This document shows positions 41,801 through 53,158 of a DNA stretch of 64,000 nt, in pieces. The notes under the pieces are model-generated. The model saw only the letters and a list, made by a program, of their open reading frames with translations. It was not told where the DNA came from and made no database searches. The stretch is from Takakia lepidozioides (Eukaryota > Plantae > Bryophyta). Position numbers and translations under genes: made by a program. Each line of letters starts with the position of its first letter. The first letter of the stretch is position 1. The DNA lies in NCBI GenBank assembly GCA_030704615.1, contig CM060731.1:24428001-24492000 (forward strand), read 5' to 3'.

Positions 41801-42411
41801 CCAAGTACGGCATACAAACAATGCCAGAGGCTCCCCCGGTGTGGCCGGTGGAACCAGGCTGCGATCTGAGTCAGGTTGAGGCCGACGCCCTTACCGTTGC
41901 AGGATTTCGGATGGTGCAGCGCACTGACGTCCCCAGACAACCATTTCCGCTTCCACAGCCTCCACCACCGACCCCTGTGAGAGCAAGAACAATGGGACCC
42001 AACAGCTCTAAGCATCCTACACACCGTTGGGGGAAACCGAAGAGGCGGCGACCTCCCTCAAAAGTGAACGAGACGAGGATGGGGAATGCACTTCGGATGA
42101 ACTGTACAATCCAGAGCTCGACAGAATTGCCCCCACCAGGCTTCGGGCGTGTGTATCAGATGACCACGGCAGGCTCAGCTGTTCGCAATGAGGTATACAC
42201 CATCACCATTTCAGAATTACCCACCTGCAATTGCACCGACTTTCAGATCATGGCGAACAAGGGGGCATCATACTGCCCTTGCAAGCATCTGTACTACGTG
42301 TACCTAAAGAGACTCCGGTGTAATTCCACAACTCATCACTTCATACATGCACCAGGGTTGAGCCCCCAAGAGCTGCACACTCTTCTGAATATGGATCCAG
42401 GGGACCAGTGA
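38804..42411 (+). pseudogene. MULE-type DDE transposase of element A (~1170 aa; GCM/WRKY-fold DNA-binding domain, DDE with CxxH, SWIM); one premature stop
   Basis: Exons 38804-40897 and 40981-42411 (intron GTATGA...CTTGTAG, phase 0). TAG at 39560-39562 where element C has Trp (DGHPW). Motifs VMFDH, FMADN, CGFHW, NMAESVH, CNCTDF...CPCKH and HVGVHCHP. Confidence 0.9.
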
Positions 42412-43301
42412 CCTTGGCTTGCGGTCCCAACACAATGGCCTTTTCGGATAGTAGAACTGTACTGCTGCAAGTAGCTCTGACTCTGGCCACAGAAAGGTCC
42501 GACTTATGTCTTGCCTACCAGTAACCTGTTTTGCTCGAACGTCGATAATACTATGTCATTCACTCGTGTTTCCACGTGCATGTATTTTTGTGTGTTGGAG
42601 GGTTCCTGTTTTTCAGCTCTCCCAAACTTTGCTTTCCTCATTCGACCCCCGGCAAGGAAATGCGGCGCCGCATTTCCAAGTAACGTCGTAGGTACTGGAA
42701 GATGCGGCAGTCAGCAACACCAAACCGCCCAGAAATTTCGCACGTGCGAACCCTAATGCGGCACCGCATTTCCTAGTTCACTTGCAAAACTTTCCCGCCG
42801 AATACTGGAAGATGATAGAATTGTGCAGACTCTATTGGTTCAGTCGCGGCAAAAGGGTCAGCTTCATTCCAATGTTAAGGCATGTAAAACCGCGGAATAC
42901 TCTATACAGGCCAGTATGCGACGTCCTTTTGCCGTGGTATACTGGATTTCTCGTTGCACGGTCACTCATTTCCATGAGCGGATCTAAAAAACCATGAGCG
43001 GAGTTGTTACTGACGACATATCTTTGCCGCATTACAGGATCCGTAACTTCCAAAAACGGCAAGGTCAAATATAAAACTATTATTTTAATACTTGTTTAAT
43101 CTGCCGCATTTCCAAATTTGGAGGAGTCCGCTCATGAAATCCGCGTGTCTTAGACTTCGGCCCACCGCTCATGCGGCTCATGGCTCATGGCTCATGGTTT
43201 CTGCTCATGAAATAGTAAACCTCCAATATCATACTGGAAACTCTACTGCACTTTTTGGGAAATAATTTGGCTTCATAAGGATTGTAATCATAGATCCAAA
43301 T

Positions 43302-44074
43302 TGAATGTCGTTGACGACATTCACTTCTTTGTCTGAGTCATTCTTAAGCGAGAATTTGAATTCACCTGGATTAGGAGCTTAGGGTATATTTATAGTGTCC
43401 CTGATTAGAATTGATAATGTCCCTGAATGGCGTTGACGACATTCACATCCAGAGTTGTTAAGAGGTCCTCAGAGTTATATAAGTTTTTGTAATGTCCATA
43501 GAGTTTACAATGAGGGTTCCTCACTCCAGTTTGCTGAATGTCAATGCAGACATTCAGTTGTTCTGCAATGCTTTTACCTCTTGCGAGAAATCTTGAGGCT
43601 TGATTAGCTGTGTTATCAGAGATCCAAAGTGAATGTTGTTGACGATATTCACTTCTATGTCTGTGTCATTTACCGGCGACAATTTGAATTTACATGGATT
43701 AGGAGCTTAGGGTGTATTTATTGGTTCCTTGTTCGGAATTTTGTGAATGGCGTTGACGCCATTCACATCCAGTGTTATTATGAGGTCCTTAGTGTTATGT
43801 ACGTTTTGAATGTCCATTGAGTTTTTAGGGAGGGTTCCTTACTCGAGTTTCTGAATGTCGTTGCCGACATTCAGTTTCCATCCAATGATTTTGCCTCTTT
43901 TGAGAAATCATTAGGCTTGATTAGCAGTGTATTCACAAATCCAAAGTGAATGACGTTGGCGACATTCACTTCTATGTCTGTGTCATTCCAAAGCGAGAGT
44001 TTGCATTCACGCGGATTAGGGTGTATTTGCAGTATCATTGAATGGAATTTTTTGAATGGCGTTGACGACATTCA
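43302..44074. repeat. Cluster of eight element-C palindromes (TGAATGTCGT-NN-ACGACATTCA consensus) in a ~320-bp higher-order repeat, intronic
   Basis: Copies start at 43302, 43424, 43535, 43630, 43744, 43852, 43947 and 44053. Confidence 0.88.
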
Positions 44075-44315
44075 CATCCAAAGCTGTCGCGTGGTCCTGA
44101 GATCTCATTGGAGCAGTTCTCAGAGCCATTTCATTCCATGTTTTTTTTCATTCTGTGCTTCTTGCATCTTACTCACTTCGCGCTTTGGTGGGTTGGGATT
44201 TATCTCATGTTTAACAGGTACAAGAAATATGTGTTTATGGAAGGAAATCACCTGAGCGATATTCCAGACTATCTTGACATGTGGTCGGACCTTGCAAACG
44301 ATCCAACCATGTATA

Positions 44316-45382
44316 TGTCGCGCGGCTTTTACTCACCCATCCCTTCGCTATCCGAGGCGGAAACTCCAAGATAGAAGAGTTGGAAATCTCTAAGTACTCA
44401 GCCCGCTCAGAACAATCAGTCATGACCTACAGCTAGTGTATCATGGGGGTGTTTCCTATTTGTTTTCCTTCCCGCATTCATGTTAGCTAGTTACCTTACT
44501 GCTGGTAATTAAGTATCAGTTTGCTTCATCAATTTATCGGATTCCATCAACTCATCAATTCATTCCACAGCTTCACTCAGATCTCTCTACACAGTGTGAG
44601 TATGAGGTGTGTATCAGATTAATATCTATCAAGTATCAGGCTGAAGCCATGGAGTCTCTAATCTGCTCTACATTACAATTCTACTGCCTGCATTCATTAA
44701 GCATCAACAGATCCTCCTCCTACTCCGTGCTCTCCATCTTTCTGCTCAGAGATATACTCTCTCCTCCTTTCCCCCAGTGATATCCGAAGTCTCTCCAAGA
44801 AGTGCTCCTTCCCACTCCTTCCAGCAGTGATTCCCCCCCCCCCCCCCCCGAAGTGCTCCAAGAATGATCTCCCTTTCAGTCCTTGCTTCTAGCTTTATCT
44901 TCCTACCCGTTGTTCTAACCGTTTCCCTCACTAACCGTCGTCCGTGAACTAACATGTTCCATTCGCAAGTGTTGTTCCCCACAGTCGTTCCCTGTCCGGC
45001 TATCCGTTCCCTATGGTCGTGACAGCTGTGTCAAGCTGTGACTGGCTGTGTGAAACTGTGATGGGTTGTGACGGGTTGTGTTGGCTGTGATGGGCTGTGT
45101 CGGCTGTGATGAGCTGTGTTGACTGTGTCTGGCTGTGTCGGCTGTGTTGGCTGTGACGGGCTGTGTTGACTGTGTCTGGCTGTTTCGACTGTGTTGGCTG
45201 TGACGGGCTGTGTTGACTGTGTCTGACTGTGTAGGCTGTGTTGGCTGTGACGGGCTGTGTCACCCCCCCCTAAAGTGCGCTGCTGTCACCCCTAAGGCTC
45301 CTGTTGGTCTCAGTCTATGCAAAAATTAAGGGTACCCCACAGATCCCGTATAAGTGTCTAAGTCCCAGACAGTCCTCTAACA
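44316..45382 (-). mobile_element. 3' LTR of a Ty3/Gypsy retrotransposon
   Basis: On the minus strand it reads TGTTAGAGG...CGCGACA, preceded by the polypurine tract GAGAGGGGAAGGGG (~45386-45399). Homologous to 59922-61012. GGCTGTG-rich repeats at ~45025-45260. Confidence 0.85.
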
Positions 45383-45420
45383 TTACCCCTTCCCCTCTCA
45401 AAAAGCCGTGTCCTCACGGT

Positions 45421-48400
45421 TTACTGATTGGGATTAGCAATCCTTTGTGAGCGAGCACTTTTCTGACGTTGAGAGTTTCGTGGTGGACTGTGTGTATGAG
45501 CCCGAGGTCTGTCACTGGTTGACGGAGATGATTGAACACTACCTGGATATGTGAGGCCCTCTAGAGGCTGATATCGAGGTAACCTTTCAGGCATAGGAGA
45601 CCCCCGTCGCTTCTTTTCTGCCATCTGAATTGCATAGTCTTCTCCCATGTCAAAAGAGTCCGCTGAAGAAACAGTTGTATCAGAATCCTCATCGCCTCTC
45701 AGGTGTTTTAATTGTCGAACTTTTTGTGGAATCCTCTGGGGCATACAATGTTGTCCTACCATGTCTGGAAGTTTATATTTTAAAACTTGTTGTAAACGCT
45801 GAATGGCAAAATTGGTGAAGACCCTGAGCTCCTTTTCTGTCCAGGTGAGTGGGGGTGACTTGTGAATTGTGCAAGTATTTCCATGCCACATGTCCCTTAT
45901 AGAAAATATCATCAATGCCAAATTTCTGTGTTGACAAATTGTTCCAGGCCGCATGAAACCATGAACGAATTTGAGAATCCTTTTGTATCATAACTTTTGC
46001 ATCATATAGGTACATATGAGGTGGCACTGAAGGTAAGACCCAATGATCCCCACTGGAATAACTCAGAAAGCGCGATTGCATCTTGTGCTGCTCAATGTGA
46101 TAACGTACCAGAAAACAAGCAGCGTAGTATAACCCGCATCCCATGACAATATTTGCTACCTCCTTGGTCTTGTATAAATGAATCCATGTACAACTTGGAA
46201 AACAATTAATTCCTTCAACATGGTACCTGCCTCATGCCAGTACTGTGCAAAGTGATGATCCTCAATTGGTCGATTGTTCGGAAGAACTTTAGTCCTAGTT
46301 GCCACTGGCAGCCATATGCGCATGATTTGATAGTAATGTGCGAATGACTGCGAAGGACTAAATTCTTTCCAAACCAAATCCAACACAATAGGAATTTGGT
46401 TGAAGGGCATAATCATAGCCCTACTGTACTCCCTTGCAGCTGGAGTTTTAGGTGGGTTAAAAGCAGCATTGCCCCATACGTCAGGCTGTGGTGGCTGGGG
46501 CGTGGCTGTAGTAACAACAGGGTCAGCTACTGGCACAACGACTTGTTGTGGTGTTGGTGGCACTGGCTCTTGTATCATTGGCATCTCCTGCACCTGCTGT
46601 GAAGAAGATTGAAAAGCCAAAGTTCTGGCTTGTAAATAAGAAGCCATTAGCCGTTCCTCAGGTATATAGACTCTTTTGTCAATATCTGAAGTTAGGTCCT
46701 CCACTTGAGTCTGCAGTCCGTCTACATCCTCCTGTAACTCCGCTATCCTACTATAGACATTGTCTATAGTACTTGTGGCAATGTTCCGCACTTGCAGTCT
46801 GAGCTCATTCATCTCGCTTTGGGTGAGCTTTCATGGTGTTTTGCCCTCCACTGGCCCTTGTGCTAACCAGACCTGCATAAGGTGGTTATCCACCAAGTTG
46901 CTTGTGGTTCCTCTGAGAGTGTGCTCCTCTCTGAGTTTGTACACATCTAACTGCTGTTGTAAAGCCTCCATGCGCTTCGCATGAGGTTCAACCAAATTTG
47001 CATAAGCAGCAAGCAGATTATTGGCTTCCTTCCAAGCCTTGTTAGTGACCGAGATTTCATTTCTATTGGCCAGGACCGTTTGTTGCAACTCCAGGATGTG
47101 CTTCTCTTGGTCAGCTTCAACCTGCCTGTATTGCTTGAAAGTATCCTCATTGCGACAGATTGTATTCTTCATATCGACAATGAGTTTCATTTGCTCTACA
47201 TTCTCTTCTTCTGCCTTCGTACATTTTTCCGCTTGACTGTTTATTTCTTTTGTAGATTGGTCAAGCATAGTTGTGAGTGTAGCACATTGTATGGCCATCC
47301 TGTCATGCACTGTCTGCAACTCCATATGTAGTGCATTTACTTCTTGCAACTTGCTTTCATGCTTCACCTGCATTTGGTATAGCTGTTGCTTATGTGCTTT
47401 GTGCAAGTGTTCTTGTGCGAGGCCTGCCTCAATCAATTGTTCCTTGGCCAATTGCAAAGCCGCTTCTGTACTCTCCAAGTTTTGCTGCATTTTGAGAGTG
47501 ACCTCTTCATCAACCTTGTTTGCACACTCTGTGGCAAGTCGAGCCTCAAACTCTTCCTGAGTTCCTCCCTCAAAGCTGCCAATTGAGTAGTGGGAACATG
47601 GGATTTGACATAAGTACCCAACAAATTCAGTGTCCTGCTTATGGAACTCATAAGCATAGCCTGTTGAGGGTCATCATGGTGAGCTTGCTGCTGTTCTCCC
47701 TGATCCTCAACAGTGTGATGCCTTACAAACCATTCAGGCCATTGCCCCACCAGATTTTCTTCCTGAACCACTTCATCCGTCACTAGTGCTGCAGTGTCTT
47801 GGCATTCTACCTGTGGTACCTCCGTCACAGGTGTGTGTATTATATGCGCCGCAGGGTTTCCCTTGGACAATCGTTGTACCTCCGGAATCACTGTGTCCTT
47901 GACCATACCAGAATATTCATAGAGAAGGTCCCCCTTCTCTATTTCTGCCACCACCTGTTCTGTAGTGGGAATATCTAACCCTTCTTTTTCTAAATCAATT
48001 ATTTCTGGTTGAACTGCATGGACAACTTGTGGTAACCTTGTGACAAGCCGATCCTCTGGCTGTGATGGCTGTGATACTGAAGTAACTTCCTCTTCCCTCT
48101 CTGAAGGTCCTGCTTCCAGTAATAGCAGTTCTCTGTGCTGCTGTGCCCCTTCCTGCACAAAAACTTGGGAAACATTATCATGCGGATTCCGTGAAGCCAG
48201 TGGATCCGCCACTACAGTCTTTCCCCGCCTCTGTTTCTTATTCTCGGGTTGCCCTGCCAGTCCTCCCTCACTGTGTGAAGAGCCTTGCTCTTCCATTGCA
48301 GTGGTTTCTAGCTCAAACACTCCCATCTCCTTTCTTTCTCGCGCATCAAGTATGCCAGAATCAAGAATTATTTGAGCAATGATTGGGCCAGACACTATGA

Positions 48401-49019
48401 TAGGAGACTTTGCGGCAGTACCCTGTAATCTTTTCATCTCCTCTACCAGTGCGTTGTACATTATGTCCGCCCATTCTACCTCTTGTCCTTTCAGGGCTTT
48501 GAGTATTTCCTCTGTGAAGGATCTGCTCAAATACTGTTGGTTCTGTTTCATGGCAAACAGAACGTTCAATACCTGGCCTACCTCCTTTAGCCCTGGGTAC
48601 ACGGCCTTGGTACAAGCATAACCCTGAGTTTTAACGAAACTCCCTTCTTGGAATAAGTCCCCTATTTGCAGTCTTGCCCTGTGCTCCTCCACATGCACCT
48701 GGCCTGCTGGCAATCGAAACAATTGCTGGAGGTATAGGGGAGTAATTACTAATTCAACTTCCTTCACCGTTGTTGCTCCTGTCCTTGGCTCAAAGTTCTG
48801 CAAGAATTGTAACATGTACTGTCTATGGTGCAATGTCCAATCTTTGCTTTGCAATCCTTGCAATCTCAGCTCCTTCAGTATCTGTATCGCCTGTGGGGTA
48901 GCAATCGTTTGTTTTTGCAGAATTGTGGTGCTCTTCACCCTGATTTCCTCCATTCCTCTCACTCTCTTCATTCTAGACCTATGGGTAATTTCTTGTAAGC
49001 CTGCGGGGCTTGCAAGCAT
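45421..49019 (-). pseudogene. Extra ORF(s) between pol and the 3' LTR (plant transposon-protein-like N-terminus plus coiled coil), frameshifted
   Basis: Consecutive same-strand ORFs 47433-49019, 46831-47490, 46156-46812, 45773-46144 and 45421-45954. Confidence 0.65.
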
Positions 49020-49589
49020 CGCTCAAGAGAAAAGATCCGCTCTGTTGTTTCGTCCCTATGCCACTGCGTAAGTAATATTGCGAGCGTATAGTCTGTTAGT
49101 TCCTCCATAGCTTCAAAGCTATAGCATTGATGGTTTGTCCCGTCGGGACGCCCGTTACTCAGAATGACGCCGACTCTTGCGCTTAATTTCCCTCCAATTT
49201 CTTGATCCCTTCTCTGGCTTTCTATTGGCTGTAACCGCTGTGACTGGATTTAGATTTAATTTTCTTTAGTGGACTTTCCCTGCTGGACTGTCCACTAGGA
49301 TAACACATGTGACAAGAATTTCGCTTTTCTGTACTTGCCGTTTGTTCTGTTGCCCCTTTTCTGTATTCATTAATGGGCCCGCCATTCATCCAATTTGACG
49401 CACTGATTAGGTATTTTGACGGCCATTCTTGTCCCCTTTCTTGATGACATCCGTTCTTGCACTTCCTTCTCAGCTGTGTGTTGCGCCTTGACTTCCACGT
49501 GTCCCTTTGTAAATTGGCTTCCGTCCTTTCTTCCGCCGGCCATTTCACTGAAGTTATCTTGCGTCCACCTATCACTGATTCTATGGATT

Positions 49590-49812
49590 GTGTAACCCTA
49601 GTAGGCTGTGTTAAGCTGTGATAGGCTGTGTCATACTGTGGTATGTCGTGATAGGCTGTAATACACTGTGGTAAGCTGTGATAGGCTGTGATGCACTGTG
49701 GTAAGCTGTGATAGGTTGTGACACGCTGTGGTAGGTCGTGATAGGCTGTGTTGCGCCGTGCTGGGCTATGATATGCTGTGTCACGTCGTGATGGGCTGTG
49801 ATAGGCTGTGTC
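49590..49812. repeat. 30-bp tandem repeat (ATAGGCTGTG...GGTAAGCTGTG), about 7 units
   Basis: ATAGGCTGTG-like unit starts at 49621, 49651, 49681, 49711, 49741, 49771 and 49801; reads as TAYHSLPQ repeats on the minus strand. Confidence 0.85.
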
Positions 49813-49919
49813 TCGCTTGCTCTGCCCGCCCTGGTCATATATGCTCGGCCTAGCGACAAGAGCTCCATACTCCGTTGGTAACACTGGCGCAGCCCGTGAC
49901 TGCTTTTGCGTTTCAACAT

Positions 49920-50765
49920 GCAAATTATGCTGCAATGGTTTGTCATGGATACCACTGTACCCCTTCAACTTGTTAGCATTGACTCTTCCCAGCATCTCTT
50001 TGTTAATGGTTTGTAGCATGGCGGTGTTGTTATCATACATCTTTTGTATGACATAAGGTCCTTTCCATGGTGATTTAAAGCTTAGAAGCTTTAATCTTTC
50101 CCTTCTTCTGCAACCATAGAACCAAATCTCCCGTCTTAAAAGTCTTTAACTTGCCTTCATCAAACTGTTCCTTTCTCTTCATCTGAATTCTGGTCATATT
50201 ATCAGCTGCATCAGCACGTACTTCTTCCACATGGTATAATTCATGTTTCCTGACTTTAATGGAATCTTGCAATTCCATTCTCTTTCCCCATTCCGTTCTC
50301 ATGGTAGGTAACAGGAATTCCACTGGAAGTAAGGCTTCCATACCATAAACTAATTGGAATGGTGTATACTTAGTGGTGACTTTATATGAAATCCTGTATG
50401 ACCACAAAGCTGTCAGCAGCTTTGTATCCCAATCCGTTCTGTTTGCATTGACTATCTTAGCCAAGATAGTACATAGTATTTTGTTGGTAGCCTCCGCCTG
50501 CCCATTACCCTGTGGGTAATATGTTGTACTTTTTCTATGCACAATCATGAACTCTTTAGTCAACAACTCAATGGTCTCATTCATGAAGTGACTTCCCTGA
50601 TCACTGATAAATTCTAAGGGGACAGCCAAATCGTGTAAGTATGTTCTCGTACAGGAACCTTGCTATGGACTTGGCTGTGTTGTCCCTCAAAGCTTTAGCT
50701 TCCACCCACTTCGTAGTATAATCAGTGGCTGTAATTATGTACCTGTTCTGTGTATTCTTGGCTGG
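49920..50765 (-). pseudogene. Ty3/Gypsy (Athila/Tat-like, non-chromovirus) integrase, interrupted by element B
   Basis: YIITATDYTTKWVEAKAL, ISDQGSHF, YYPQGNGQAEATNK and PWKGPY; several frameshifts. Confidence 0.9.
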
Positions 50766-51228
50766 GGGGGCTGCTATTTCATGAGCCATGAGCCATGAGC
50801 GGCATGAGCCATGAGCAGAGTCGTAAGTGTGGAAAAAAACATGAGCAGCACTATTTTCCGGAAATGAGTGTCCGCGGGAATAGGGTTTAGGGTGCCACGG
50901 TCATAGGGGGAGAAGGACCTCCCGATGAAGGAGGTTCGGCAATGTTATTTAGAATTATATATTGAAAGGCAATGTTTCGCGAATGGTAGGGTGGTACTGC
51001 TCTGTACAATGGGGGCCCATTTCAGCCTACCAGCCATTTGCAAAATCCATCCACACTCCCAATCCCAAACGAAATGAGCAATGACGCATTCTCGGAACGA
51101 TGGACACAGAATAGAATAAAAAGAGGGCACAATGAGATTTTTATTGATCCACATGAATTGCATTTGAAGCACGTCTACTGTGCTGATTGTGCCATCAAAT
51201 CTTGAGCCCTGTGCCTACTGAATACAAG

Positions 51229-52041
51229 TCACGTTGTCAATGGGACTTCGACTGCTCTCAGAACTAGCTCATGAGTCATGGGGCTCCTCCATGTAAAGTC
51301 GATTGCAGCCGTTGTACCGCCCCTAGTGATGTTCACCACAATGTCCTGCCCTTCAATCATACCACCATCGAATATGGAAATCTTCACGTTTTCGTCGTCC
51401 ACACCAAATGGAGAAGAGGAGCGCACTCCTCGAGGAGAATAGGTCTCTCCGATGGAGTCCACCCACGTCCAGTGGCAGCAGTTCCACCGCAACAGCATAG
51501 CAGTGCGCCTTCTTCTGCATGGGTGACCGTCGTAGCTGGGAAAATCGGAATCGAGGATGCGCAGGAGCCACGGACTCCTCAGACCAAGATCGTCACCCCG
51601 CTCGAAGGCGTAGTGGCCTACGATATACTCAAAAGCCACCAATGTTTCCACAATCGAACCAGTATCTTCTCTGTAATCTGTGTACCAGATAACAATGTCT
51701 CCCGATGTGGCCGAATACATTGCATAATCGATGCCTCCAAAGGGGCAGTCGTCCCGGTTCCGGAAGCACGGCATCCTTGCAAAGGAGGACCTGAGGACGA
51801 CTTGGATGCCGATGACCTTGCGGACAGCTACGAAGCCCTTAGATTTTGGAAATGATACGAAGCGGAAGAGCAGTCCGGCCTCCAATAATGGAGCATCTGG
51901 GTCACACGTACCCACCGACGGAGGTGGAACGTGTTCATGACGCCAGCGGTGGATGAACCCATACATCTTTCTCATCAACAAGTTATAGTTTGAGATCTGC
52001 CACCGAAGTCCATCCCCCCGGATGGAAATTCGGCGCCGCAT
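51229..52041 (-). CDS. Unknown small protein, twin gene 1 (B copy; true start uncertain)
   Basis: Open frame conserved in element A and paralogous to 52325-52903. Confidence 0.7.
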   Translation of the reverse strand: MRRRISIRGDGLRWQISNYNLLMRKMYGFIHRWRHEHVPPPSVGTCDPDAPLLEAGLLFRFVSFPKSKGFVAVRKVIGIQVVLRSSFARMPCFRNRDDCPFGGIDYAMYSATSGDIVIWYTDYREDTGSIVETLVAFEYIVGHYAFERGDDLGLRSPWLLRILDSDFPSYDGHPCRRRRTAMLLRWNCCHWTWVDSIGETYSPRGVRSSSPFGVDDENVKISIFDGGMIEGQDIVVNITRGGTTAAIDFTWRSPMTHELVLRAVEVPLTT

Positions 52042-52201
52042 TTACATCGAAGAGGGGATGGACTTCGTCGTGTCCAGTGGCTATCGGCCCACCTGGCAGT
52101 GACTGCCCATAGTTTGCATGGCAGGGTAGGAAACTGAAACGGCTACATTCATGCAGCAGCCAATCTTCATCGGTCCAGGATCCTGTAGGGGGGAAATTTA
52201 A

Positions 52202-52903
52202 ATGTGCCCTGGAGTGTTTGTGAGGAATTGCAGCGTTAGCTTGAACTTTTTCCAGCCACCGCGGTCCTCCTCCTCCATCCGGGAGCTGCTGTCATTGAGC
52301 GTACTCCGCGACTCTTTTTGAAGAATGTCGTGCCGCCGAAATCCAGCCGACTGCCCTTATCATGGGCACGATTATGCTATGTTCAAACCAGAATCAGGAG
52401 ACATCATTGTCTGGCTCTCTGTTTTCACAGACGCTGCTGGAATCAAGCAAGAGTCTTTGCGCGCAATGGAGTATCTGGAGGGCTATTACCGCTTTGAGCG
52501 AGGTGAGGGCGAGGGTCAATGCGGTCCGTGGGTCCTGAAAATTGTTGACCTCGATATACCAAGCTGGAAAGGGATGCCGGATAGATCACGCACGGCCTCG
52601 CTTTGGCGCTGGAACTGCTGCCAGTGGACCAGGGAGGACGGCACCGGGGAAAACTATATACGTGCAGATCACTCCGCTCTTCCAGTGTATGGAGACATTC
52701 GGCTGAGTTGCGAAGACGAATCGCACGGGCACATGAGGCCCACAGTGACCTTGTCAATGTATGATGGTGGTATCATTGATGGACATGACATTGTCGTCGG
52801 CTCCAGCAAGGGCAGCAGAACGACCGAATTGCAGTTTACCTCGAGGTGCCGCCGCAGTGATGAGCTTGTTTTGAGGGGTATCGAAGTTCCGTCGACTTGG
52901 TGA
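52202..52903 (+). CDS. Unknown small protein, twin gene 2 (B copy; open from 52325, upstream in-frame TGA at 52319)
   Basis: Shares CxRNxxDCP, SGDIxxW, FERG, RWNCCxWT, DGGxIxGxDIVV and ELVLRxxEVP with twin gene 1. Confidence 0.72.
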
Positions 52904-53158
52904 AGCCCATGTAGAAGGAGGAAGGGCTTAGTTTTGTCTGCAGTTGGTAAATGTGAGACATCGTGTCCGATCAATAAACCCATCGTACCTCACTTCTGTA
53001 TGATTGTGTTTCATTCTGTTGAATAACTGTCGGAATTGGCCCACTGTTTACAATTTGATGTCTCATTTCTACAATGTGTCTGTCCGGATGAATATAGCAG
53101 AGTAACCGGTATGTGAGTCATGTGTCAAGAATTACCAGAGTAACGCCATGTCGGACAT

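Larger units (their letters stand above)
36136..43223 (+). mobile_element. Element A: 7,088-bp Mutator-like element with both ends and a 9-bp TSD; internally deleted for the ParB-MTase gene
   Basis: TSD CAATATCAT at 36127-36135 and 43224-43232. Imperfect 21-bp TIR: GGGGGCTGTTATTTCATGAGC versus reverse complement GAGGTTTACTATTTCATGAGC. CATGAGC subterminal repeats at both ends. Confidence 0.93.
28660..44315 (-). mobile_element. Element C: degenerate Mutator-like element (transposase on -, ParB-like gene on +), interrupted by element A and truncated by an LTR at 44316
   Basis: Same divergent two-gene layout as A/B, with homologous exons. Left terminus is uncertain (28160-28660). TGACGTGGC-type subterminal repeats at 28699-28808. 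Confidence 0.75.
33186..44315 (+). pseudogene. ParB-like domain gene of element C (5' part; multi-exon; 3' methyltransferase part not present)
   Basis: IPLCRMISM...GYRLGAQVFYVS...FYVWDDNHRLLAW (34257-35006). Later exons (35100-35290, 35375-35811, ~35898-36123, 44219-44315) align exon by exon with the element B gene. Confidence 0.8.
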
